Origin: Lentisphaerota bacterium
Lineage (GTDB): Bacteria > Verrucomicrobiota > Lentisphaeria > Victivallales > Victivallaceae
Length of the DNA stretch: 64,000 nt
Reading direction: 5' to 3'
NCBI GenBank assembly: GCA_015061695.1
Contig: SUWA01000003.1
Coordinates: 65 to 64,064, forward strand
A model generated the notes under the pieces. The model was not told where the DNA came from and searched no databases. It was given only the letters and a program-made list of their open reading frames with translations. The stretch's first letter is position 1; every line of letters begins with the position of its first letter. Made by a program: the position numbers and the translations under genes. Shown one piece after another: positions 44,753 through 52,841 of this stretch.

Positions 44753-46024
44753 ATGTTGAAACAACTCTTTACCGCCGGGTTGGCTGCCGCAGCTTTTTCG
44801 GCTATGGCCGCCGCTGAAATCACGGTCAGCAGCACTCCGGCGCTGCCGGCACAAAACCTGCTCAAAAACGCCTCGTTTGAGGATGGAAAACTCGCTCCGT
44901 GGCGTCCTTTCGGCGGCACGGTTGCCATTGACGGCGCTACCCAAACCGATGGGGCAAACAGCTTTAAGATTGTCGGCGACCCGGCCAAAAGCCCCGGGCT
45001 GTCGCAGTATATCCGTCCGGCAGATATTCCGCTCAAGGCCAAAGACCTTTATTACATAAAATTCAAAGCCAAAAACACCGGCTGCGATATTGACAAACGC
45101 CCCGGCGGTGTGGCCTGGCAGGCGGTTTATTCCGATGGCACCAAGCCTTCCTATATGCGCACACCGGAACTGCCCAGAGAAGATTATGACTGGACCGAGT
45201 TCGAAATGGTCAACACCATCCCCCACGACCTTAAAACTGCCACGTTCTACCTTTGCTACTACAAGCAGGAGGGCGAACAGTGGTTTGACGAAGTCGTTTT
45301 TCAGGGCGGATCGACCGAACTGACGCTCAATGTAAAAGGCGACGATGTCAAGCAAGTCGTGGTTCTGCACAGCCAGACCGGCAAGATCCTGGACGAAAAA
45401 GTGGCCGACAATTCGTTCAGCAAAACGATCAAAGTCCCGGCTTTCGGCAGCTACGAAGTTATTGCCATCGACTCCAATGGCGTCAGAACCAGCAAACTTT
45501 ACCCGGAAAACGTGGATGTGAATACTGCGGTAAAGAACAATAACATTCCGCTGACTCTGGTCAAGCGTATGCTCATACCTTTCAGCAAGGCCGAAACGTT
45601 CAATATCGAACTGCCCGCCGACATAGCCGGTAAAAAGGTCTATCTGGACTTTACCGGCCGTATTGACCAGCTCACGACCATGGCCGGCTTCACCGCCGGG
45701 GTAAAAATCAAAGTCAACAGCAAGCAGTGCGGAGCTAAAGAGTTGATCAAACCGGCCAACAAAGCTACGACTTCTTCGGGCAGCGACCTGATTTTTGCCC
45801 GCAGTGCCGGCTATGTACTCTACTACAGCAACGCCAGCTACAACATCAGCGAAGACAATCACTACTGCCCGGTTACGCTGAAGGATCGCAACCCCTTCAA
45901 CTTCCGTCTGGACGTTACCCAGCTGGTCAAGCCGGGCATGAATAAGATCGAATTCATCAACCCCTTTGCTGCCAAATACCCCCGTACCATTGCGATCGAA
46001 AATGCACAGGTGGTGATCGAATGA
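44753..46024 (+). CDS. Secreted CBM4_9-like domain protein
   Basis: Signal peptide MLKQLFTAGLAAAAFSAMAAA. CBM4_9 signature NLLKNASFEDGKLAPWRPFGG..ANSFKIVG..WTEFEMV..WFDEVVFQG. Confidence 0.7.
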   Translation: MLKQLFTAGLAAAAFSAMAAAEITVSSTPALPAQNLLKNASFEDGKLAPWRPFGGTVAIDGATQTDGANSFKIVGDPAKSPGLSQYIRPADIPLKAKDLYYIKFKAKNTGCDIDKRPGGVAWQAVYSDGTKPSYMRTPELPREDYDWTEFEMVNTIPHDLKTATFYLCYYKQEGEQWFDEVVFQGGSTELTLNVKGDDVKQVVVLHSQTGKILDEKVADNSFSKTIKVPAFGSYEVIAIDSNGVRTSKLYPENVDVNTAVKNNNIPLTLVKRMLIPFSKAETFNIELPADIAGKKVYLDFTGRIDQLTTMAGFTAGVKIKVNSKQCGAKELIKPANKATTSSGSDLIFARSAGYVLYYSNASYNISEDNHYCPVTLKDRNPFNFRLDVTQLVKPGMNKIEFINPFAAKYPRTIAIENAQVVIE

Positions 46025-46800
46025 GTCTGAACAAAAAATTGCTCTATGCCGCCTTGCCGGCGTTGTTTCTGACCGGAACCTTTCCGGCAGTTGCCGCTCC
46101 GGCCCAACCGGCCGCCCGGCCGGTGATCGCCTGCCCGCAAAAGCCTGACCCGCCGCCGGTGATCGACGGAGATTGCAGCGAATGGGACAATCTGCCCGGC
46201 GCTATTACGCTGGATAAATCGCACATCACCTGGGGCGGCGCGCAATATCAGGGCGAAGATGACCTCTCCGGCACGGTGCGCATCTGCTACGACAGCAACT
46301 ACTTCTATTTTATGGTCGAAGTTGTGGACGAAGCGATTAAAGTTGCCAGCGATAAAAACATTTTTATCTCTGACCACATTGAGTTGGACTTTGCGCCCAA
46401 TTTCAAAGAAAACGGCAAAGGCCGGCAGCCGGCGGATTGGCGAATCATCGGCTTTACCCCCGGCACGGTGGAAGAATCCGGCGATCCGCTGGTGGATATG
46501 GACCCGGATGCGCTGATGGCGTTTCCGCCCAATCTGGCGTGGGAAGGCATTGATGTGGAAGCATGTGTTACCGAAGACGGCTACATGCTCGAAGCGCGCA
46601 TTCCGTGGAAAGTACTCGGTGTCAAGGGACCGGTCAAACCGGGTATGGTCTTTGGTATGGATATACACATATCTGACTCCGACAAAGACTTTGTGCAGGA
46701 GTGCATGACCAGCTTGAACAACACTACGCCGTGGAAAGGCCGCAAGCAGGAAAATATTCCGAAAATGGTTCTGACCGGTACCGACGGCAAGATCAAGTAA
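46021..46800 (+). CDS. Secreted CBM9/DOMON-like carbohydrate-binding protein
   Basis: Start overlaps the upstream stop by 4 nt (ATGA). Signal peptide ..ALPALFLTGTFPAVAAPA. Motifs PVIDGDCSEWDNLPG..VRICYDSNYFYFMVEVVDE..GYMLEARIPW. Confidence 0.72.
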   Translation: MSLNKKLLYAALPALFLTGTFPAVAAPAQPAARPVIACPQKPDPPPVIDGDCSEWDNLPGAITLDKSHITWGGAQYQGEDDLSGTVRICYDSNYFYFMVEVVDEAIKVASDKNIFISDHIELDFAPNFKENGKGRQPADWRIIGFTPGTVEESGDPLVDMDPDALMAFPPNLAWEGIDVEACVTEDGYMLEARIPWKVLGVKGPVKPGMVFGMDIHISDSDKDFVQECMTSLNNTTPWKGRKQENIPKMVLTGTDGKIK

Positions 46801-46963
46801 TCAACCGTTATCCGGTACTCCGATCGGGCTGTTGCAAGATTGAAAAGTTTTGCCGCAGCCCGCAATTTTTTTAAACCGGTCGAAAGTCTGCCGCCGGTGG
46901 TTTAAGTGTACCGCTGATGCGGCGTTAACCGCAATTTGCAGGCAGTATTGTGTGGTGGCGGCA

Positions 46964-47017
46964 GTCCGACCTGTCCGACCTGTCCGACCTGTCCGACCTG
47001 TCCGACCTGTCCGACCT
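46964..47017. repeat. Intergenic 9-bp tandem repeat, (GTCCGACCT) x6
   Basis: Six perfect head-to-tail copies at 46964-47017. A related GTCGGACTTGTCCGGCC occurs at 48009-48025. Confidence 0.95.
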
Positions 47018-47233
47018 GGCGGACACATTGCCGCCGATTACCATGCGCAGCATTTTACACAAAAAATAGAGATTTTTCACCGTAACTCCTTGAAAAAAAA
47101 CTTACAGCAAAAAATATTGATTTTTTCATACTTTTTGCTGTAAGATAGGCAGTTCCTCTACGTTTAAAATATATGAATGAACGTTAAGGTTCAGTATTAT
47201 TTAAATTCTTAAATTCCCAACAAGGAGAAAACC

Positions 47234-47980
47234 ATGGGTAACAAATTCGACTATTCGTGCGAAAAATGTCAACATGTCATCAATCTGGATTCAGATGCCG
47301 TCGGCAGCACCATGCAGTGCCCCCAGTGCGGCAATGCTTTTGTCGTAACGCCGCCGCAGGCTTCGGCCGGCAAAAAAATAGGTAAACTGGTGCTGATTCT
47401 GGGTCTCGCGCTCGTCGTCATTGCCGGTATCGTAGTTGCGGCTATGTTCATGTTGTCGTCTGCCAGAGAAGACGCCCGCTGGGAAAACTGCAAGAGCAAA
47501 TTCGAAAACATTGGCTCGGCTATGATGATGTATGCCTATGACAATAAAGGCTATGCTCCCGCCGGTCAAGGCAAGGATAATCTGGATCTTTTGATCAAAG
47601 GTGGATATTTTGGTTCTTCTGTTGCCAATGTAACCGATGAAGAACGGAAAAAGTGCCTCCAATGCCCCTCCGATAAAACCCTCCCCTCTTACGCGTATGT
47701 AGGCGAAGGTCTTCGTATGGGCAAGGACAACCCCGGACTGCCGGTGGTAGTGGAATTTCCGGAAAATCACGGCAATTTAGTCTGTGTAATAACAGTCGGA
47801 ACGGAAGAAAAATTTGAGGCTATAAAACCGACCCTTTCCTTTGTGAATATCCCCGAAGATTGCAAAACCATATTGCAGGTGGTGGAATATGTACTCCAAC
47901 AGAATGGTGTAAAGTGTGAATGCAGCGGTTCCTCCAAGTGCGGTCGCTGCAAGGTCTTGGAAAATGCAAAAAAATACTGA
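47234..47980 (+). CDS. Zinc-ribbon / single-TM-anchored protein with a DUF1559 (H-X9-DG-like) periplasmic body
   Basis: AAGGAG RBS. N-terminal CxxC..CxxC zinc ribbon (CEKCQH..CPQCGN), then TM segment LVLILGLALVVIAGIVVAAMFML. SSAREDARWENCKSKFENIGSAMMMYAYDN aligns with pseudopilin [30 protein letters not shown]. Confidence 0.75.
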   Translation: MGNKFDYSCEKCQHVINLDSDAVGSTMQCPQCGNAFVVTPPQASAGKKIGKLVLILGLALVVIAGIVVAAMFMLSSAREDARWENCKSKFENIGSAMMMYAYDNKGYAPAGQGKDNLDLLIKGGYFGSSVANVTDEERKKCLQCPSDKTLPSYAYVGEGLRMGKDNPGLPVVVEFPENHGNLVCVITVGTEEKFEAIKPTLSFVNIPEDCKTILQVVEYVLQQNGVKCECSGSSKCGRCKVLENAKKY

Positions 47981-48054
47981 CAGTTGAAGAGTCTGTTTAA
48001 AACCACCGGTCGGACTTGTCCGGCCGGTGATCGGGCAAGTATTTGCGCCCGATA

Positions 48055-48090
48055 CAAAAAAACCACCGGTTCTGCCGGTGGTTTTTACTT
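48055..48090. terminator. Bidirectional Rho-independent terminator between convergent genes
   Basis: Stem ACCACCGG / CCGGTGGT, flanked by A7 and T5. Two further hairpins lie at 48003-48052. Confidence 0.8.
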
Positions 48091-48092
48091 TT

Positions 48093-48761
48093 TTACAACC
48101 GCGTAATATCTATTACGTTGATCCACTCCACGGTGGGGTCTTCGTGCAGACGCTTCAAGATTGCTTCGTAAGCGGCCCACAGCGCCGGATCGTCCATCAT
48201 TTCGTAGCTGTGCCCCCAAAAGTAGAAAACGCCGCCGGAGCGCGCTTTTTCAAACTTCTGCCAGAATTCCGGATCCTGAAAGTGGCAGTTGCTGCGCAAG
48301 GCCATAAAATCTTTACACGGCAGAACCTGTTCGGCGTATTCGACTGTACGGCCGTAGGCAAAACCGGCTTCGCGCAGCAGATCGCAGCACTCCTGCGTAT
48401 AAAGTCCCGCCGGCCAGGCAAAGCCGCGGCACTCTTTCTGGAATTTATCCTCAATGATGTTGCGGGCGCTCACAGCGTCGGCGGCGATCACTTTGGCATC
48501 TATCCGGTCGGCCGGCAAGTGGCACATGCCGTGCGAGGCGACTTCAAAACCTTCGTAAACACTGGTTACTTCGTCCCAGGCCAGTTTACCGGAGTAGTAT
48601 TTGCCCAGATAGCAATGCCCCTGATCGGTGATCCGTTTTTTCGCCCAATGAAAACCCGGATTCAAATTAAACGTGGCTTTAGCTTCGTATTTACGGCAGA
48701 GTTCGGCTACTTTGATGTCGTTGAGTACGCCGTCATCCCAACATTGAGCTACTTTGATCAT
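48093..48761 (-). CDS. Polysaccharide deacetylase (CE4/NodB-like)
   Basis: ORF trimmed to ATG 48761 to avoid overlap with the HPr gene. NodB-like motifs CWDDG, SHGMCH, FAWPAG, FWGHSYE. Confidence 0.72.
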   Translation of the reverse strand: MIKVAQCWDDGVLNDIKVAELCRKYEAKATFNLNPGFHWAKKRITDQGHCYLGKYYSGKLAWDEVTSVYEGFEVASHGMCHLPADRIDAKVIAADAVSARNIIEDKFQKECRGFAWPAGLYTQECCDLLREAGFAYGRTVEYAEQVLPCKDFMALRSNCHFQDPEFWQKFEKARSGGVFYFWGHSYEMMDDPALWAAYEAILKRLHEDPTVEWINVIDITRL

Positions 48762-48774
48762 GATACTCTTGCTT

Positions 48775-49059
48775 TTATTTTTGAGGTGGAAAATCAAATT
48801 CGGTTGCCAGCAGTTCCGCGATTTTATCGGCGGCCTGTACTTCGTTGGGGCCTTCCACGGTCAGCTCCACGCTCTCGCCGCAAGCCAGACAGAGTGCCAG
48901 CAACCCCATAATGCTGTTGAGTTCACAGCTTTCGCCGCGCTGACTGGTCAGCACAAATTCATGTCCGGAAAATTCCGCGTTCACCGTGTTGAGGATCACG
49001 CTGGACGGCCGGCAATGAATACCGGCCCGGTTGCGGATCGTAACTGTTCTTTTTTCCAT
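48775..49059 (-). CDS. ptsH: HPr-family phosphocarrier protein
   Basis: 94 aa. His-15 context NRAGIHCRPS and Ser-46 context ELNSIMGLLAL. Confidence 0.85.
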   Translation of the reverse strand: MEKRTVTIRNRAGIHCRPSSVILNTVNAEFSGHEFVLTSQRGESCELNSIMGLLALCLACGESVELTVEGPNEVQAADKIAELLATEFDFPPQK

Positions 49060-49093
49060 AAAAGAGATCCCGTCCTTTCAATATTTTTTATCT

Positions 49094-50038
49094 TCATTCA
49101 GTATAGGCGTGAATGATCTTTTCCAGCAGGGCGTGGCGCACCACATCGCGGGTGGTAAATTCAATGATCCCGATCTCCGGGATCTTATTCAGCGTTTTCA
49201 GCGCATGGATCAAACCGGAGCGCTCGTTACGGCTCAAATCGCTCTGACTGGGGTCGCCGGTAACTACACAGCGCGAGTTGTACCCCAAACGGGTCAGAAA
49301 CATGAGCATCTGCTCTTCGGTAGTGTTCTGCGCTTCGTCCAGAATAATGAACGCGTTATTCAATGTCCGGCCGCGCATGAATGCCAGCGGCGCAACTTCA
49401 ATAACATTGCGCTCGATCAAACCGGAGGCTTCGTTGAAGTCCAGCATGTCGTAGAGTGCATCATAAAGCGGCCGCAGATAGGGCATGATCTTTTCTTCCA
49501 GACTGCCCGGCAGAAAACCCAGCGTTTCGCCGGCTTCCCGCGCCGGACGGGTCAGCACGATCCGGCTGCAATTACCCGCCAGCAGTTCCGAAACCGCCAT
49601 CGCCATCGCCAGATACGTCTTGCCCGTTCCCGCCGGTCCGACGCCGAACACCACATCCTTTTCGCGCAAGGCTTTCAGATACTCCAGCTGGTTGCGGCTG
49701 CGCGGCAGAACTTCGCGCTTGCTGCGCCCCACTTTGACCCGCCCGGAAAAAAGCGCTTTGAGGTCGCTCTCTTCGTTCCGGCTGTAGGCCTTGATCAGCT
49801 GTTCAACATCCTGACGGTCAAGTTCGCGCTGGCGCAGCAGATGCAACCGCCCCAGTTCACCGAAAAACTCCATTGCCCGACGGCAGGATTCCTCGCTGCC
49901 GTCGATTGCCACCTGACGGTCGCGCGGCACCAGTCTGACGCCCAGAACTTCTTCCAGCAAATGCCAATTCAACGCCGGACGACCGGCTATACGCCAATCC
50001 GGAGTCAAACCGTTTTCAAAATAAAATACCGTTTCCAT
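49094..50038 (-). CDS. phoH: PhoH-family ATPase
   Basis: Walker A GPAGTGKTYLAMA, Walker B FIILDEAQN, PhoH-typical GDPSQSDL. Confidence 0.9.
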   Translation of the reverse strand: METVFYFENGLTPDWRIAGRPALNWHLLEEVLGVRLVPRDRQVAIDGSEESCRRAMEFFGELGRLHLLRQRELDRQDVEQLIKAYSRNEESDLKALFSGRVKVGRSKREVLPRSRNQLEYLKALREKDVVFGVGPAGTGKTYLAMAMAVSELLAGNCSRIVLTRPAREAGETLGFLPGSLEEKIMPYLRPLYDALYDMLDFNEASGLIERNVIEVAPLAFMRGRTLNNAFIILDEAQNTTEEQMLMFLTRLGYNSRCVVTGDPSQSDLSRNERSGLIHALKTLNKIPEIGIIEFTTRDVVRHALLEKIIHAYTE

Positions 50039-50065
50039 CAGAATAAAATTGCGCTTTCAACTGGC

Positions 50066-50112
50066 TAAAAACAAAAAAGTGCGAACTACCGGCAAGGTAT
50101 GTCCGCACTTTT
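50066..50112 (-). terminator. Possible terminator after the LysM gene
   Basis: Stem AAAAGTGCG / CGCACTTTT with a 20-nt loop and a T-rich tract on the minus strand. The loop is large, so this is tentative. Confidence 0.4.
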
Positions 50113-50134
50113 GATTCAATGATTCACCGGCACA

Positions 50135-50710
50135 TCACCGGGGGATCTGCAGTTTCATACCCGGCACAACAATATCTTTGTTTTTGCCGCGCAGAACTTG
50201 CATATTGGCCTGCTGGATCTTCTTCCACTGGCTGGCCCGTCCGTAGTATTTGAGTGCAATGCCGCCGAGGGTATCGCCCTTGACTACGGTGTAAACTTCG
50301 TCTGCAGCCGGAGTTGCCGGAGCAACCGGGGCAGCCGGAGCAACTTCAGCCGCCGGAGCGGCCGGAACATCCACCGTTTCGACCTTGACTTCTTCGACCT
50401 TGACTTCTTCAACATTCACAGGAGTTTCGGTGCCCGGCACAGCTGCGGGCTGATCCACTGCCGGCGGAACGAGTTCGCTGCTCACCTGCTGGCTGGTAAC
50501 CTGGCCGGTGGCCGTTTCGTGGGCCAAATCATCGCGGCGCACCGAACGCGGAACTGATTCCGGCGGCTGCCATGCGCTGTAATTTTCTTTAAAATTCGCC
50601 GCCCACGCCTGTTCTTCCGGACTCAACTGCGTCTGATCCAGTTCCGGAGAACAGCCGCTGAACAACACCGTCAGCGCACAAGCGCCCGAGAGCATCCACA
50701 CACTCTTCAT
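50135..50710 (-). CDS. LysM-domain lipoprotein
   Basis: Lipobox LFSGC. Pro/Ala/Val-rich linker. C-terminal LysM YTVVKGDTLGGIALKYYG..WKKIQQAN. Confidence 0.8.
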   Translation of the reverse strand: MKSVWMLSGACALTVLFSGCSPELDQTQLSPEEQAWAANFKENYSAWQPPESVPRSVRRDDLAHETATGQVTSQQVSSELVPPAVDQPAAVPGTETPVNVEEVKVEEVKVETVDVPAAPAAEVAPAAPVAPATPAADEVYTVVKGDTLGGIALKYYGRASQWKKIQQANMQVLRGKNKDIVVPGMKLQIPR

Positions 50711-50740
50711 TATTGCACAACTCCTGTATAAAACTGTTAA

Positions 50741-51997
50741 TTATTTATAGCGCTTGAACGCCACCACACCATTGTGACCGCCGAAACCGAGGTTGATGTT
50801 CAACGCCACGTCGATTTCCCGTTCGCGGGCCACGTTGGGCGTAATATCCAGATCGCAGTTCGGATCGGGGTTTTCGTAGTTGATCGTCGGCGGAACGGTC
50901 TGATTGACGATCGCCTGCACGCAGATGATCGATTCCAAACCGCCGGCTGCCCCCAGCGCGTGGCCGGTGCAGCCCTTGGTGCTGCTGACCGACACCTTGG
51001 AAGCGTGTTCTTTCAGCGCCGCCTTGATCGCCAGAGTTTCGTATTTATCATTGAGTTCGGTACTCGTACCATGGGCGTTGATATAGTCCACATCTTCCGG
51101 ATTCAAACCGGCATGACGCAGCGCCGTGGTGATCGCCGAGGCAGCGCCCTTGCCTTCCGGATGGGGCGAAGTAATGTGGTAAGCATCACCGGTGGCACCG
51201 TAACCGACCACTTCGGCGTAGATCGTAGCACCGCGTTTGAGCGCATGTTCCAATTCTTCGAGGATCAGCACACCGGCGCCTTCGCTCATAACAAAACCGT
51301 CGCGTTCGGCATCAAAGGGGCGGCTGGCGTGTTTGGGATCGTCGTTGCGGGCGCTCATCGCCTTCATACTGCAGAAACCGGCAAAACCCAGCGGAACCAC
51401 CGCAGCTTCAGCACCGCCGGTGATCATAATATCCGCATCATCGCGCTTGATCATCCAGAACGCTTCGCCGATACTGTGGCAACCGGACGCACAAGCAGAT
51501 ACCAGACCGAAGTTCGGCCCGCGCACGTTGTAACGCATGGAAATATTGCCCGAAGCCAGGTCGCCGATCATCATCGGGATCATCAGCGGCGAAACACGGC
51601 TCGGTCCTTTGTTCATAAAGATCACATCCTGTTCGCACATGGATGCCAAACCGCCGATACCGCTGGAAACCAGCACCCCTACCCGATCACGATCCACCGG
51701 GCAGTCTTCGGCCGTAAAATCAAGTCCGGCCTGGGCCGTCGCTTCGTCCGAAGCCGCAATCGCAAACTGGCAGAAGAGATCCAGACGCTTGGCCTCTTTG
51801 GCCGACATATATTTGGTCACATCAAAGTTTTTGACTTCACCGGCGATTTCCGTACGGAAACCCGTGGGGTCAAAACGCGTGACTCTATCCAAACCGCAAC
51901 GGCCTTCTTTGACCGCAGCCCACAACTCCGGAACACTGTTCCCAACGCAGGAAACTGCCCCGCAACCGGTAACAACTACTCGTCTTTCTTTATTCAT
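50741..51997 (-). CDS. fabF: 3-oxoacyl-ACP synthase II
   Basis: Active-site Cys context VSACASGCHSIG. His motifs YINAHGTST and GHALGAAG. 418 aa. Confidence 0.93.
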   Translation of the reverse strand: MNKERRVVVTGCGAVSCVGNSVPELWAAVKEGRCGLDRVTRFDPTGFRTEIAGEVKNFDVTKYMSAKEAKRLDLFCQFAIAASDEATAQAGLDFTAEDCPVDRDRVGVLVSSGIGGLASMCEQDVIFMNKGPSRVSPLMIPMMIGDLASGNISMRYNVRGPNFGLVSACASGCHSIGEAFWMIKRDDADIMITGGAEAAVVPLGFAGFCSMKAMSARNDDPKHASRPFDAERDGFVMSEGAGVLILEELEHALKRGATIYAEVVGYGATGDAYHITSPHPEGKGAASAITTALRHAGLNPEDVDYINAHGTSTELNDKYETLAIKAALKEHASKVSVSSTKGCTGHALGAAGGLESIICVQAIVNQTVPPTINYENPDPNCDLDITPNVAREREIDVALNINLGFGGHNGVVAFKRYK

Positions 51998-52129
51998 ACA
52001 AGAACTACCTTAAATTTCGGGTACTTTTATACATTGCAAACTTGTTTTCTTTATAAGATACCACATCAATGGATCTTTTGCAACTTATACCCTGATTTTT
52101 TCCTGTTTTACTTATTATAGCCGGGTCTT

Positions 52130-52819
52130 TTATTTACCCATTACCGGCATGGCCGGATTAGATGACACCGATCCGGCTTTTTTGCTCTGTTGGGCGTTGG
52201 CGGCTTTATAACGTTTTACGCTATTGGCCGGAACGCTTTTGCAGCGCAACATTTCTTCGTTACGTCTGCGGAACGAGATATCGCCGTTTTCAAGGATCAC
52301 AAAGTTATCAAAATCATTGAGCTGGGCCATGAAAAGCATTTCGTAATCCAGACGCATGACTTTTTCGGCATCAGCATCTCTGACGACCGGCACCGTGGTC
52401 AGTGCGCCCAAACGCAAATTGTTGGGAGCAGTTACCGCAAATGCCCCGGTAAAGATATTCATACCGGAAAAACCGTTGACTTTACCGTTGCGGTCAAACT
52501 CAATGTACGCCTGCGTATCGCCGGAAAGTTCAATGACCCGTTTGGTAACTTCTTTGCCGTTTTCCACGACCACACTGTCCTGACCTTTGATAAAAACCGG
52601 AACCCAGGTCTTGCCGCAGAGTTTATCCAGCTCGGCAGCACCGTTGCTCTTGGCTTTATGCTGGTCGATGATCGACTGGATGTTGGTCTGGGTCGGTTGT
52701 TCCAAAGTCATTTCATCCACGCTTTTGCAGCCCAGATTACAGAGGTATTCGCACTGAGCGCAGCCGCCCAGCACGACCGCGCAAACTGCACTGCCAAGCA
52801 TTGTCAAAAACTTATTCAT
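52130..52819 (-). CDS. Lipoprotein with META (HslJ-like) domain
   Basis: Lipobox VLGGCAQ. META-like CGKTWVPVFIKG..AYIEFDRNGKVNGFSGMNIFTGAFAV. Confidence 0.55.
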   Translation of the reverse strand: MNKFLTMLGSAVCAVVLGGCAQCEYLCNLGCKSVDEMTLEQPTQTNIQSIIDQHKAKSNGAAELDKLCGKTWVPVFIKGQDSVVVENGKEVTKRVIELSGDTQAYIEFDRNGKVNGFSGMNIFTGAFAVTAPNNLRLGALTTVPVVRDADAEKVMRLDYEMLFMAQLNDFDNFVILENGDISFRRRNEEMLRCKSVPANSVKRYKAANAQQSKKAGSVSSNPAMPVMGK

Positions 52820-52841
52820 AGCTTACAAGCTCCTGACTGTA

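Noticed and set aside
46964-47017. Possible CRISPR array or mobile-element end.
   Set aside because: The repeats are 9 bp and directly abutting with no spacers. No cas genes, transposase or target-site duplications are nearby.
46850-47143. 97-aa ORF encoding VRPVRPVRPVRPVRPVRP, and the minus-strand ORF encoding GRTGRTGRT.
   Set aside because: These are translation artefacts of the intergenic 9-bp tandem repeat. There is no RBS and the flanking sequence is non-protein-like.
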